This document shows, piece by piece, positions 17,242-27,916 of a DNA stretch of 58,978 nt (position 1 is the first letter of the stretch; the number at the start of each line of letters is the position of its first letter). Below the pieces are notes generated by a model. It did no database searches. It saw only the letters and a program-made list of their open reading frames with translations, and was not told the DNA's origin. The translations under genes and the position numbers were made by a program. Source of the DNA: Nitrospirota bacterium (lineage in GTDB: Bacteria > Nitrospirota > Thermodesulfovibrionia > Thermodesulfovibrionales > UBA1546); contig JAPLLK010000064.1 in assembly GCA_026387575.1 (NCBI GenBank), forward strand, positions 1 to 58,978, given 5' to 3'.

Positions 17242-18498
17242 CTACTCTCTAATCTGTCCATCCCCAAGCACGATAAACTTTGTGCATGTGAGTTCTTCAA
17301 GCCCCATCGGCCCCCTTGCATGAATCTTGTCAGTTGATATTCCTATCTCAGCACCGAGGCCGAACTGATAACCGTCATTCAATCTCGTGGATGCATTAAC
17401 GAAAACAGCGGATGAATCAACCTCACGCAGAAATCTCATTGCCTTCTCATAATTCTCCGTTACAATCGAATCAGAATGAGCAGAGCCGTATTTTGCGATA
17501 TGATCTATTGCTTCATCCATATCCTTGACAACCTTCACATTCAGGATGAGGTCCAGATACTCCATATAAAAATCATCTTCTTTCACGGCAGCGATGGACT
17601 TATCTATCTTCCTTGTCGCAGGACATCCCTTAAGGCTGACCTTTGCATCTTTAAACCTCTTAATCATTGATGGGAGAAATGCCTTTGCAACCTTTTTGTC
17701 AATGAGCATTGTCTCCATTGCATTGCAAGTACCGGGTCTCTGGACTTTTGCATTAAAACATATATCTTCAGCCATTTTCAGGTCAGCGTCCCTGTCAACA
17801 AATACATGGCATACTCCCTTGTAATGCTTAAGCACCGGGATTCTTGAATTTGCCGTGACTGTTCTTATCAGCCCTTCGCCCCCGCGCGGGATTATGAGGT
17901 CAATAATCCCCTCAAGTTTAAGCATCTCCATCACTGCTTCTCTTTCAGGTATATCAATGAATGTTATTGCGTCTTCATCAAGCCCTGCCGTCTTTGCCAC
18001 ATCCCTCAGTATCTTTACAATCGCCTTGTTGGAGTTTATCGCCTCAGAGCCTCCTCGCAGAATGACCGCATTTCCTGCCTTAAGGCATAGGCTTGTTGCA
18101 TCTGCCGTAACATTAGGCCTTGATTCATAGATGATTCCGATAACTCCGATAGGCACGCGCATCTTTCCGACAACCATTCCATTGGGCCTCTGCCACATCT
18201 TTATTACTTCTCCCACAGGGTCAGGAAGCGCTGCAACCTCAATCAGTCCCTGAGCCATCTCATTTATGCGTTGGTTATTCAGGGCAAGCCTGTCTATCAT
18301 CGCCTTTGAAAGTCCCTTTTTCTCTGCAAAGGCAATGTCTTTTTTGTTTTCTTTTATAAGTTCTGCCTTGCGTTTTTTAAGCGCATCAGCCATCTTTAAA
18401 AGCGCATTATTCTTTTCTTTAGAGGACGCCCTTGCAAGCAGCCTTGCGCCTTCTTTGGCTGCCTTTGCTTTTTTTAGAACATAAGCCTTAATATCCAT
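17242..18498 (-). CDS. proA: Gamma-glutamyl phosphate reductase
   Basis: IYESRPNVT, LRGGSEA, CNAMET, NASTRLNDG and HARGPMGL. Confidence 0.98.
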   Translation of the reverse strand: MDIKAYVLKKAKAAKEGARLLARASSKEKNNALLKMADALKKRKAELIKENKKDIAFAEKKGLSKAMIDRLALNNQRINEMAQGLIEVAALPDPVGEVIKMWQRPNGMVVGKMRVPIGVIGIIYESRPNVTADATSLCLKAGNAVILRGGSEAINSNKAIVKILRDVAKTAGLDEDAITFIDIPEREAVMEMLKLEGIIDLIIPRGGEGLIRTVTANSRIPVLKHYKGVCHVFVDRDADLKMAEDICFNAKVQRPGTCNAMETMLIDKKVAKAFLPSMIKRFKDAKVSLKGCPATRKIDKSIAAVKEDDFYMEYLDLILNVKVVKDMDEAIDHIAKYGSAHSDSIVTENYEKAMRFLREVDSSAVFVNASTRLNDGYQFGLGAEIGISTDKIHARGPMGLEELTCTKFIVLGDGQIRE

Positions 18499-18512
18499 CT
18501 CTCCTCCGGATT

Positions 18513-19082
18513 CTATATTCGCAGGTTCAGGAAGTTTTTAAGAAGGGCTTTCCCGACTTTTGTAAGTATTGACTCAGGGTGAAACTGCACCCCTTCCACT
18601 ATAAACTCCTTATGCCTCACTCCCATTATCTCATCCTGATCAGTCCATGCAGTAATCTCAAGACAGTAAGGCAAGGTTTCTTTCTTAACAATAAGCGAGT
18701 GGTATCTTGTTGCCTCAAATGGATTCGGCAGTCCTTCATATATTGTCTTTCCGTCGTGGTATATCATGGATGTTTTTCCGTGCATGAGCCTCGGCGCCCT
18801 TATTATGTCTCCGCCGAATGCAGCTCCGATTGCCTGATGCCCTAAACACACGCCGAGGATAGGAATCTTGCCTGCAAAGTATTTTATGACATCAACAGAA
18901 ACCCCTGCCTCTTTAGGTGTGCACGGTCCCGGAGAGATAACAATCCTTTCAGGTTTTAGCTCTTCAATATCTTTTATCGTAACCCTGTCATTCCTGAACA
19001 CCGTTATATCCTCTCCAATCTCTCCAAGATGCTGGACAAGGTTGTAGGTAAAAGAATCATAATTATCAATCATCAATAGCAT
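18513..19082 (-). CDS. trpG: Anthranilate synthase component II (glutamine amidotransferase; may also act as PabA)
   Basis: [23 protein letters not shown] and QFHPES. Confidence 0.93.
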   Translation of the reverse strand: MLLMIDNYDSFTYNLVQHLGEIGEDITVFRNDRVTIKDIEELKPERIVISPGPCTPKEAGVSVDVIKYFAGKIPILGVCLGHQAIGAAFGGDIIRAPRLMHGKTSMIYHDGKTIYEGLPNPFEATRYHSLIVKKETLPYCLEITAWTDQDEIMGVRHKEFIVEGVQFHPESILTKVGKALLKNFLNLRI

Positions 19083-19084
19083 CT

Positions 19085-20569
19085 CTAACTTAATCCCTTC
19101 TCTGCCATATCCACTGCCTTCATCATTCCCATAGCCTTGTTCACTGTTTCAGTATATTCCCTCTCAGGCACTGAATCAGCAACAATCCCTGCGCCTGCCT
19201 GAACATAAACCTTCCCGTCTTTTATTATAAGCGTTCTTATAGTGATACATGTATCCATGTTCCCTGAATAGCTGAAATATCCCACAGCGCCGGCATAAGG
19301 CCCTCTCTTTATCGGCTCAAGTTCATCTATAATCTCCATGGCCCGAACCTTAGGAGCGCCAGTAACAGTGCCTGCCGGAAAACATGCCCGAAGCACATCA
19401 AACGCATCAAGCCCGTTAACAAGATTTCCCTCAACATTAGACACTATATGCATCACATGGCTGTATCTTTCAACCGCCATCAATTCTGTTACCTCAACAG
19501 AGCCTTTCTCGGCAACCCTGCCGACATCATTCCTTCCGAGGTCAACAAGCATTATATGCTCTGCCATCTCTTTCGGGTCTTTCTTGAGTTCTTCCTCAAG
19601 CACCTTGTCCTCTTCCTCTGTTTCTCCTCTTTTCCTTGTGCCTGCAATAGGCCTCAGGACAATTTTTTTATCTTCAACCCTGACGAGTATTTCAGGAGAT
19701 GAGCCGACAATCTCTGTGTCTCCAGTGTCAATGTAATACATATAAGGAGACGGATTAATCATACGCAAAGCCCTGTAAACATCAAATGGGTCAACATCAG
19801 ATTTTCTCTCAAACCTCTGCGAGAGCACAACCTGAAATATGTCTCCTGCCGCAATATATTCTTTTGACTTAAGCACAGCCTCCTCAAAAGCCTCTCTTGT
19901 CTTAAAACTTGATGTGTATTTGCTGAATGTTTTTTTACTCCTGACTTCTGGCTTCTGACTTATGACTCTTGCACTTTTAAGTTTTTCAACTATGCCTTCT
20001 ATCTTTTTCACTGCCTCTTTATATGCCTTTGCAGGGCTCTTCCCCTCTACATGCACATTAGAGACAACCTTTATTTTCTGCTTAAGGCTGTCAAATATGA
20101 GCATTGTGTCAGCAAGCATAAAGAACATATCAGGCAGATCAATGCCGGTTTTTTTGCTGTCAGGAACCCGCTCAAAAAACCTGACCATATCATAGCCCAT
20201 ATATCCGACAAGGCCTCCTGAAAATCTCGGGAGCCCTGGGACATCAACAGGCATGTAAAGAGCTATCTCTTTTTTAAGCACATCCACAGGGTCATCTGCC
20301 TCAAATACAACAGGCTTCCTGCCTCTTTCTCTTATCTCTATCTTCTTTCCCCAGCCCTTTATAACCTTTGACGGATTTGTTCCGAGGAAGGAATATCTTG
20401 CCCATTTCTCTCCTCCGACAACACTCTCAAGCAGGAAGGAAGGGCTTTTGCCAATCTTTAAAAATGCGGAGACAGGAGTGTCAATATCAGCAAGGATTTC
20501 CCTATAGACAGGGATGAGATTTCCCTTTCCGCATAGAGACTTAAACTCTTTGATATCAGGATACAGCAT
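19085..20569 (-). CDS. trpE: Anthranilate synthase component I
   Basis: LLES (Trp feedback site), [29 protein letters not shown] and [11 protein letters not shown]. Confidence 0.95.
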   Translation of the reverse strand: MLYPDIKEFKSLCGKGNLIPVYREILADIDTPVSAFLKIGKSPSFLLESVVGGEKWARYSFLGTNPSKVIKGWGKKIEIRERGRKPVVFEADDPVDVLKKEIALYMPVDVPGLPRFSGGLVGYMGYDMVRFFERVPDSKKTGIDLPDMFFMLADTMLIFDSLKQKIKVVSNVHVEGKSPAKAYKEAVKKIEGIVEKLKSARVISQKPEVRSKKTFSKYTSSFKTREAFEEAVLKSKEYIAAGDIFQVVLSQRFERKSDVDPFDVYRALRMINPSPYMYYIDTGDTEIVGSSPEILVRVEDKKIVLRPIAGTRKRGETEEEDKVLEEELKKDPKEMAEHIMLVDLGRNDVGRVAEKGSVEVTELMAVERYSHVMHIVSNVEGNLVNGLDAFDVLRACFPAGTVTGAPKVRAMEIIDELEPIKRGPYAGAVGYFSYSGNMDTCITIRTLIIKDGKVYVQAGAGIVADSVPEREYTETVNKAMGMMKAVDMAEKGLS

Positions 20570-20679
20570 ATTGACAAACAAGTCCTTTTTTCATTATTCT
20601 TAATAGTATAACTCATTAACTAAGACTAAGTTAATAGTTAGAAATTAGGAGTTAAGAGTTATAACTTATCTTCTTGAAT

Positions 20680-20754
<75 letters not shown>

Positions 20755-20830
20755 GATTCGTCAGGAATATTTAGTTAGGAGTCCGGAGTTTTACTCACAA
20801 CTCCTAACTCTGAACTCCGAGCTTCAAGAT

Positions 20831-20906
20831 GGCGGCGTACCCAAGTGGCTAAGGGGGAGGTCTGCAAAACCTTTATGCAGCGGTTCAAATCCGCTCGCCG
20901 CCTCCA
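20831..20906 (+). tRNA. tRNA-Cys(GCA)
   Basis: GGCGGCG...CGCCGCC-TCCA; anticodon loop CTGCAAA; GTTCAAAT. Confidence 0.97.
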
Positions 20907-20984
20907 AATTTTTCGGCATTCTTAGCTCTTTTCTATAGTTATCTCTTGAATTTTCTGGCTGAAGAAGGGAATAATACAAATACC

Positions 20985-21386
20985 ATGCGGGCTAAGACAC
21001 CTCCGTTTTGTCTGCTTCTCTGTATTGCGCTTTTATCTTCAGGCTGTGCGAGCGTCTTGTTAACAGGCGCAAGCGGCGGTGTTGCATATACAGTTACAAA
21101 TGTCGCATATAAGACTGCGACTTTCCCATTTGAACAGGTAGAAGGAGCAGTACATGCAGCTTTGAAAAGGATGGGGATAAAAGAGGCAGGAAAGAAAAAA
21201 ATAGAAAACGGCGTGGAGATTTCAGCGACAACCGATAGATTGAAGATTTATATAGAGCTTGAAAGAATTACGAACAAGACAACAAAGATAAGCGTTAATG
21301 CTAAGAAAAATGTTGTTTTGAAAGACAGTGCAACAGCAACAGAGATAATAGAGCAGATTGAAACGATTCTGGAAGGAAGAAAATAA
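20985..21386 (+). CDS. DUF3568-like lipoprotein
   Basis: Lipobox LSSGC, GASGGVAY and KDSATATEII. Confidence 0.65.
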   Translation: MRAKTPPFCLLLCIALLSSGCASVLLTGASGGVAYTVTNVAYKTATFPFEQVEGAVHAALKRMGIKEAGKKKIENGVEISATTDRLKIYIELERITNKTTKISVNAKKNVVLKDSATATEIIEQIETILEGRK

Positions 21387-21404
21387 CACAACCGTCCCAA
21401 AACT

Positions 21405-22673
21405 CTACTTTATTACCTCCGCCCCCATATGCTCCCTCAGCGCTTCTGGAATCACAATGCTTCCGTCTTTCTGCTGGAAGTTTTCAAGGATGGCGACGAC
21501 TGTTCTTCCGATTGCAAGTGCAGAGCCGTTTAGAGTATGCACAAACTCAGTTCCCTTCTTTCCTTCACGCTTAAACCTGATATTCGCCCTTCTTGCCTGA
21601 AAATCCTCAAAATTAGAGCATGAGGAAATCTCCCTGTATCTCTGCTGGCCCGGGAGCCAGACCTCGATGTCATAAGTCTTTGCCGCCGAGAAACCAAGGT
21701 CGCCTGTGCAGAGCGCAATAACCCTGTATGGCAGGCCGAACCTTTGAAGAATGTCCTCTGCATCATTGGTGAGCTTCTCAAGCTCGCTGTATGAATCTTC
21801 AGGCTTCACGAATTTTACAATTTCAACTTTATTGAACTGGTGCTGCCTTATTAATCCCCTTGTGTCTTTTCCGTATGAGCCTGCCTCGCGCCTGAAGCAT
21901 GGAGTGTATGCGGTATAGTAAATCGGCAGATCACTCTCGTTCAGAATTTCATCTCGGTGAATATTTGTCACAGGAACCTCTGCTGTAGGAATAAGATAAA
22001 ACTCAGGGTCTGCTGTCCTGAACAGTTCCATCTCGAATTTCGGAAGCTGTCCTGTGCCTGTCATGGATTCGCGGTTAACAAGAAGCGGCGGCAATATCTC
22101 CTTGTATCCTTTAGATGTGTTCAGGTCAAGCATGAAATTCATCAGCGCCCTTTCAAGTTTTGCGCCCATGCCTTTCATCAATGAAAATCTTGCGCCTGCA
22201 ATCTTTGATGCCCTGTCAAAGTCAATTATGCCGTGCATCTCTGCGATGTCCCAGTGATTCAACGGAGGAAAATCTAATTCTTTTGGAGCGCCCCATTTTC
22301 GTATCTCAACATTTTCTGCCTCGTCTTTGCCAGCAGGGACTGATTCGTGAGGGATGTTAGGGATAATCAAAAGCTCATGCCTTGCTTCTTCTTCTAAAAC
22401 TTTCAGCCGCTCTTCTTTTTCCGTTATGAAGTCAGATATGTTTTTTGCTTCTGCTAAGATTGAAACCGCAGCCTTCTTCTCTCTTTTTAATATTGCAATC
22501 TCCTGCGAGATTTTATTCCTCTGCTCTCTTTTTTCTTCGATGAGCCTGAGAAGTTCTCTCCTTTCATTTTCTATTTTCAGAAACCTGTCAAGTATGGAGA
22601 GGTCATAGTTTCTCTTCCTGAGCGACTCTTCCACTCTTGCGGTATTCTCTCTCACAATCTTTACGTCAAGCAT
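21405..22673 (-). CDS. serS: Seryl-tRNA synthetase
   Basis: MLDVK start, [26 protein letters not shown] and HTLNGS. Confidence 0.98.
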   Translation of the reverse strand: MLDVKIVRENTARVEESLRKRNYDLSILDRFLKIENERRELLRLIEEKREQRNKISQEIAILKREKKAAVSILAEAKNISDFITEKEERLKVLEEEARHELLIIPNIPHESVPAGKDEAENVEIRKWGAPKELDFPPLNHWDIAEMHGIIDFDRASKIAGARFSLMKGMGAKLERALMNFMLDLNTSKGYKEILPPLLVNRESMTGTGQLPKFEMELFRTADPEFYLIPTAEVPVTNIHRDEILNESDLPIYYTAYTPCFRREAGSYGKDTRGLIRQHQFNKVEIVKFVKPEDSYSELEKLTNDAEDILQRFGLPYRVIALCTGDLGFSAAKTYDIEVWLPGQQRYREISSCSNFEDFQARRANIRFKREGKKGTEFVHTLNGSALAIGRTVVAILENFQQKDGSIVIPEALREHMGAEVIK

Positions 22674-22890
22674 GTCTTCCCCTCGCAATGACAGTGTCTA
22701 ATTATTGTGTATAATATATCGTAATGAGACATAAAAGTGAAGCAGCGATTTTCCTGAGATTATTTTTAGAAAACAATTTTTCATTTAAAGGTCAAAAAAT
22801 TCTTGACAAAAATTTCATGTTACTGTAATTTATTTAACTTAAGAGAGCAATAAAGCTCTTTAGATTAAAATCTAACATGGAGGTAGAGGG

Positions 22891-23215
22891 TTGCATGCTT
22901 TAGGTAAACATTTATTAGTGGAGCTTAAGGATTGTGATCCTGAAATTCTCAAAAGCCTCGACAAGGTAAGAAATGCAATGGTCTCAGCGGCAAAAAAGGC
23001 CAAAGCAACCATCATATGCGGCTGTAGATATTTTTACCTGCGGCGATATTATTAAGCCCGAAGTTGCCGCTCAGTTTCTGATTGAAAAGTTCCGATGCAA
23101 AAATCCATCTGTTGTTGAGATGAAGCGCGGGATTCTCTCTCATTCAGGAGAGAGGCTGCCGTACAAGGTGAATTCTCCTGAACTAACTCTTGTAGCAGGC
23201 GGCAGGACTGTATAA
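22891..23215 (+). pseudogene. speD: S-adenosylmethionine decarboxylase proenzyme, internally deleted and frameshifted
   Basis: GGAGG RBS and TTG start give MHALGKHLLVELKDC...AKATI; the sequence then resumes in another frame as YAAVDIFTCG...VEMKRG. The ESH/HTWPE core is absent. Confidence 0.88.
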
Positions 23216-23274
23216 CAAAAAGTTAGAAGTTTAAAGTTAAAAGTGAAAAATTGAAAACCTCTAATTTTTAATTC

Positions 23275-24030
23275 TCAATATATCCATCTCTTCTGCTTCA
23301 TTTCCCATGTCTTTGCATATTTCAGAAAAGTGTAATAGCTGTAAAGCACCGCAAGCACTAACCCGTGTCTGCCGTCCAGAAACCCGAATCTGAAAAAAAA
23401 CATCTTTATGAATGTAACCGGTGGGCGCACAAGAAAGTCCAGCATGTTAGGCACAACTCCGGTTTTTTTAAGTTCCTTTGCTGCAAGCGAGGAATAGATG
23501 TCCATCCGCTTTAAATAATCGGAGACAGAATTATACGTATAATGGACAAGTGGATTTTTAAGATACGATACGCTCCCATTGACAATTACCTTCTCGTGCA
23601 CTTCTCTATCTTCAACTTTACCTGCACTTTTCCTGAACAGCCTCAATGTATAATCAGGCCACCATCCTCCGTGTTTTATCCACCTGCCCATAAAAAAATT
23701 TTTCCTCGAGACATAAAACCCGTCATGGCTGTTTTCTTTTATTGCATTTATAACCTCTGCCTTTAATTCAGGCGTAAATCTCTCGTCAGCGTCAAGGATA
23801 AAAACCCACTGGACTTCGGCAAGGTCAACCGCCGCCTGTTTTTGCTTTGCATATCCCTTCCACTCTTTCTGTAATACCTTAGCTGTGTATTTCCTGCAGA
23901 TTTCAACAGTCCTGTCAGAACTGAATGAGTCAATGACAACTATTTCAGCGGCATCCTTTACGCTATCAAGGGCGGTTTCAATATTCGCCTCTTCATTTTT
24001 TGTTACGATTACAATTGATACGGGGATCAA
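23275..24030 (-). CDS. GT2 glycosyltransferase (WaaE/KdtX-like, LPS core)
   Basis: TKNEE, VIDSFSSDRT, LDADE, GWWPD and VHE. Confidence 0.88.
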   Translation of the reverse strand: MIPVSIVIVTKNEEANIETALDSVKDAAEIVVIDSFSSDRTVEICRKYTAKVLQKEWKGYAKQKQAAVDLAEVQWVFILDADERFTPELKAEVINAIKENSHDGFYVSRKNFFMGRWIKHGGWWPDYTLRLFRKSAGKVEDREVHEKVIVNGSVSYLKNPLVHYTYNSVSDYLKRMDIYSSLAAKELKKTGVVPNMLDFLVRPPVTFIKMFFFRFGFLDGRHGLVLAVLYSYYTFLKYAKTWEMKQKRWIY

Positions 24031-24791
24031 TACCTTCCTCCTACCAACAGGGCATTTATAGAGCCTATGGCGACTTTTGTCTGGAGCTTCACAGGAATCC
24101 GCTTCTCATCGTCTGTCAGCCAGATATAGATGTCGCCTTTTTTATAAAAGATACCCTCTGATTTCATTAACGGCTTAATCAAGATTGTATCAACTGTGCC
24201 TGTCGGAAGCGTTACCTTTTCCTTTCTGAGCACCTGCACTTCAACATTCCAGACCTTCTTGCTGTCAACGATGGTTACGTAAACCGGCTCTCCGACAACA
24301 AGCTTCAGCGTCCTGAGATAATAGAAGCTCGACAGCGGGTCAAATATAAGAGAAGGTACATCAAAACTATGCTTTTCGTTATTGATATGGTCTATATATG
24401 TAACTTTATTGCCTGTGTTAAAAATTACCTCTTTGTCTCTTCTATGCCTGCCTTCTCTTATCCTGAGCCTATAATTGACAGGCTCTCCGACAAACATCAA
24501 TGAGGATTTTTTTGCGAGGATGCTTTCTACCCTGTCGTCAACAGTATAAAAAACAGAAACCCATTTAGCTGACTGCGCCGTAGAGATGATCTTCACGTCA
24601 TCGCCTGTTCTTGTTATCTCAAGAGTGGCTGTGCCTGCCTTGACGCCTGTCCATGTAAGCTCATATTCAAATTTTTCGGGAATGTTGAAGGATTCAGCAG
24701 TTTGCAGATTAATAAAAATCCCGACAAGAATAACTAAAACAAAAGAAGGAATTTGAACCCTTGAACCCTTGAACCCTTGAACCCTTGTCAT
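24027..24791 (-). CDS. DUF3108-family exported protein
   Basis: Signal-like N-terminus, FDPLSSFYYLR and IWLTDDEKRIPVK. Confidence 0.8.
   Translation of the reverse strand: MTRVQGFKGSRVQIPSFVLVILVGIFINLQTAESFNIPEKFEYELTWTGVKAGTATLEITRTGDDVKIISTAQSAKWVSVFYTVDDRVESILAKKSSLMFVGEPVNYRLRIREGRHRRDKEVIFNTGNKVTYIDHINNEKHSFDVPSLIFDPLSSFYYLRTLKLVVGEPVYVTIVDSKKVWNVEVQVLRKEKVTLPTGTVDTILIKPLMKSEGIFYKKGDIYIWLTDDEKRIPVKLQTKVAIGSINALLVGGRY
24753..24787. repeat. Perfect octamer tandem repeat (TTGAACCC)x4 + TTG
   Basis: Directly visible; encodes RVQGFKGSRVQ at the start of the DUF3108 ORF. Confidence 0.92.
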
Positions 24792-24807
24792 TATGGTATA
24801 TTAATCT

Positions 24808-25536
24808 ATGTTTGTTATTCCTGCAATAGATTTAAAAGGCGGACAATGCGTCAGACTCCTTCAGGGGAAAGAAGATGCTGTAACAATATATTCGGATGAC
24901 CCTGCATCAACAGCAAAGAGATGGGAGGAATCCGGGGCAAAACTCCTTCATGTTGTTGACCTTGACGGCGCATTCACAGGCAACCAGAAAAATCTTGACG
25001 CAATAATAAAGATAAGGCAATCTGTATCCATTGATATAGAGGTTGGCGGAGGGATAAGAGACATAAAAAAAATAGACGGCCTCGTCAGCATCGGTATTAA
25101 CAGAATAATACTCGGAACTGCAGTGATAGAGAACCCTTCTCTCCTGAAAGATGCCTGTGCTAAATATCCGGGCAGAATTCTTGCGGGCATTGATGCCAAA
25201 GACGGCAGGGCCGCAGTAAAAGGCTGGGTTGAGATTACTGGCACTAATGCAAAAGACCTTGCGCAGGAAATGGAAAAGGCCGGAGCAGCAGGCATAATAT
25301 ACACTGACATATCAAGAGACGGCATGCTTGCGGGCCCGAATATCCCAGCCATGAAAGAAATGGTTGAAACCGTCAGCATACCGATAATTGCATCCGGCGG
25401 CGTGTCTTCCATCAAAGACATAATATCTTTGAAGGAGATTAAGAATCTCTGGGGTGTGATAACAGGCAAGGCTATTTATTCCGGAGCAGTTGACTTGAAA
25501 GAGGCTATAAGGATTGCTCAGTCTTCCGGTTTTTGA
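24808..25536 (+). CDS. hisA: ProFAR isomerase
   Basis: IPAIDLKGGQCVRLLQG, LHVVDLDGA, GGGIR, TDISRDG and ASGG. Confidence 0.97.
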   Translation: MFVIPAIDLKGGQCVRLLQGKEDAVTIYSDDPASTAKRWEESGAKLLHVVDLDGAFTGNQKNLDAIIKIRQSVSIDIEVGGGIRDIKKIDGLVSIGINRIILGTAVIENPSLLKDACAKYPGRILAGIDAKDGRAAVKGWVEITGTNAKDLAQEMEKAGAAGIIYTDISRDGMLAGPNIPAMKEMVETVSIPIIASGGVSSIKDIISLKEIKNLWGVITGKAIYSGAVDLKEAIRIAQSSGF

Positions 25537-25562
25537 CAGCGCTTTTACGTCGGGGGTATAAT
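25533..25562 (+). promoter_or_regulatory. Consensus sigma70 promoter for mrcA
   Basis: TTGACA-N18-TATAAT ending 10 nt before the ATG, so the transcript would be nearly leaderless. Confidence 0.7.
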
Positions 25563-25572
25563 CAATTTAACT

Positions 25573-27882
25573 ATGAAAGCACGGGCTGTTGTTTTTCTGC
25601 TAATCATTTCAGTCATAACCGGCGTATCTGTCGGCGGGTATTTTGCGTTTGCAAAAGGAATTCCTTCCATAGCAGAACTAAAACAGTACAAGCCTACGTC
25701 AGGCACCAAGATATACGCTGATGATGACACGCTTATTGGAGAACTCAAAGTCGAGAAAGGCATTTTTGTGCCTCTGAACAGGATCCCAAAACAGCTTATA
25801 GATGCGGTTATAGCTGTTGAAGATTCAAGGTTCTGGAATCATAAAGGCATAGATTACATTGCAATCGGCAGGGCTGTTTTAAAGGATATTCTCCACGCCG
25901 GACTTAAAGAAGGCGGCAGCACAATAACCCAGCAGCTCGCAAAGGTTGTGTTCCTCACCCCTGAGAAAACATTTAAAAGAAAGGTCAGGGAGGTATCGCT
26001 TGCAATAAAGATGGAAAAGAATCTTGATAAAAAAGAGATACTTGAGCTTTATCTGAACAAGATATATTTTGGCCATGGCGCATACGGCGTTGAAATGGCG
26101 TCGCGCGTATATTTCGGCAAATCAGTGGGAGAACTGACTCTGCCGGAGGCGGCAATGATAGCTGCGCTTATAAAGGCTCCCTCCACATACTCTCCTTATA
26201 ACAACCTCACAAAATCAAAGGAAAGGCAGGAGACAGTCCTTTTGCGGATGGAAGAAGAAGGATACATCAAAAGGTCTGAAAGGGAGAAGGCGGCAAAGCA
26301 GTCTCTTTATCTCTCAACGCTGAGAAGGGGCATAGAGGCAAATAATTATTTTATTGAGTATGTCAGGAAATATCTGGAGGAAAAATACGGCGAAGAGACT
26401 GTCTATAAGGGAGGGCTGAAGGTTTATACCACGCTTGACAGGGGAATGCAGGCTGCCGCGCAAAAAGCGCTTCAGGAAGGACTTAGAGAGCTTGACAAGA
26501 GAAGAGGGTGGCGCGGCCCTGTAGAGCATAAGGATATAGATGTTAAAAAAGAGATGGAGAGCAGAGATGTGTACAGCGCTGCTATCGGAGGCGGTGATGA
26601 CATAACATCAGGGCTTGTCCTTAAAGTGAGCGAAACTGAGGCTGTTATTAAGACAAGAGGGATTATCGGCAGGCTGTCAATAGCCGATGCCCAGTGGGCA
26701 GGCAATCTTCTGGATTCAAAAACAAAGAAAACCACAACGATAAAAGGATTTAATTTAACAAAGATACTCAGGCCCGGTGACATTGTTAAGGTAAAGATTA
26801 AAGGCACCAAAGGGAAAGAGGTCAGCCTTGCCCTTGAACAGGAACCTGAAGTGGAAGGCGCAGTTGTGGCAATTGAACAGAGGACAGGGTTTATAAGGAC
26901 AATTATCGGTGGCTATGATTACACCAAGAGCGAATTTAACCGCGCAATCTATGCAAAACGCCAGCCCGGCTCTGCCTTCAAGCCGATAATATATGCTGCT
27001 GCAATGGATAACGGGTTTACGCCTGCATCCATAATAAATGACGAGCCTGTCACATATAAAGGCGGGCCAAAGGGTGACTGGACACCTGAAAACTATGACC
27101 ACAAACATTACGGGCCTACAAGGCTTAGGGAGGCGCTTGCGTATTCAAGGAATGTTGTAACAGTAAAACTCGTGGACGCTATAGGGGTTGATAAAGTTAT
27201 AAAATTCACACAGAACCTCGGGCTTGAAGGCGATATCCCACATAACTTAAGCATTGCTCTTGGCAGTCTGAGCGTAACTCCGCTTGAACTATGCTCAGGC
27301 TACAGCGTATTTGCCAACAATGGACAAAGAATGAACCCCCTTGCAGTAAAATACATTACTGATTCAAAAGGGAAGATACTTGAAAGCAACGAACCTGAAG
27401 GAATGCAGGCGATAAGCAATCAGACGGCATTTCTCATAACATCAATGATGCAGGATGTAATAAATTATGGGACAGGGTGGAGAATAAAGGCTTTAGGCAA
27501 ACCTGTCGCTGGAAAGACAGGGACAACAAATGAGTACAGGGATGCATGGTTTGTTGGATATACAACAGGGATCACTGCGTCTGTATGGGTGGGGTTCGAC
27601 GATGTGAGGCCTCTCGGTTCTCAGGAAACAGGGGCAAGGGCGGCATCACCGATATGGCTAAACTTCATGAAGTATGCATCAAACATCGTAGAATCTTCTG
27701 ATTTCTCTGTGCCGGAAGGCATTGTAATGTATCCTATAGACCCGTCAACAGGGCTTCTATCAAAGGAAACCTTGTTAAAGGAATATTTTAAAGACGGCAC
27801 ACAGCCGACACAATTCTCCACTGCTCCGCCTTCTCCATCTGGAGTAGAGAGAAAGGGTGTGCCTAATCCTGATTTCGATTAA
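25573..27882 (+). CDS. mrcA: Penicillin-binding protein 1A
   Basis: Transglycosylase EDSRF and GGSTITQQL; transpeptidase SAFK, SRN and KTG. Confidence 0.93.
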   Translation: MKARAVVFLLIISVITGVSVGGYFAFAKGIPSIAELKQYKPTSGTKIYADDDTLIGELKVEKGIFVPLNRIPKQLIDAVIAVEDSRFWNHKGIDYIAIGRAVLKDILHAGLKEGGSTITQQLAKVVFLTPEKTFKRKVREVSLAIKMEKNLDKKEILELYLNKIYFGHGAYGVEMASRVYFGKSVGELTLPEAAMIAALIKAPSTYSPYNNLTKSKERQETVLLRMEEEGYIKRSEREKAAKQSLYLSTLRRGIEANNYFIEYVRKYLEEKYGEETVYKGGLKVYTTLDRGMQAAAQKALQEGLRELDKRRGWRGPVEHKDIDVKKEMESRDVYSAAIGGGDDITSGLVLKVSETEAVIKTRGIIGRLSIADAQWAGNLLDSKTKKTTTIKGFNLTKILRPGDIVKVKIKGTKGKEVSLALEQEPEVEGAVVAIEQRTGFIRTIIGGYDYTKSEFNRAIYAKRQPGSAFKPIIYAAAMDNGFTPASIINDEPVTYKGGPKGDWTPENYDHKHYGPTRLREALAYSRNVVTVKLVDAIGVDKVIKFTQNLGLEGDIPHNLSIALGSLSVTPLELCSGYSVFANNGQRMNPLAVKYITDSKGKILESNEPEGMQAISNQTAFLITSMMQDVINYGTGWRIKALGKPVAGKTGTTNEYRDAWFVGYTTGITASVWVGFDDVRPLGSQETGARAASPIWLNFMKYASNIVESSDFSVPEGIVMYPIDPSTGLLSKETLLKEYFKDGTQPTQFSTAPPSPSGVERKGVPNPDFD

Positions 27883-27916
27883 CCCGGAAATGCAGTTCAT
27901 TCATTAGTTTTAATCC

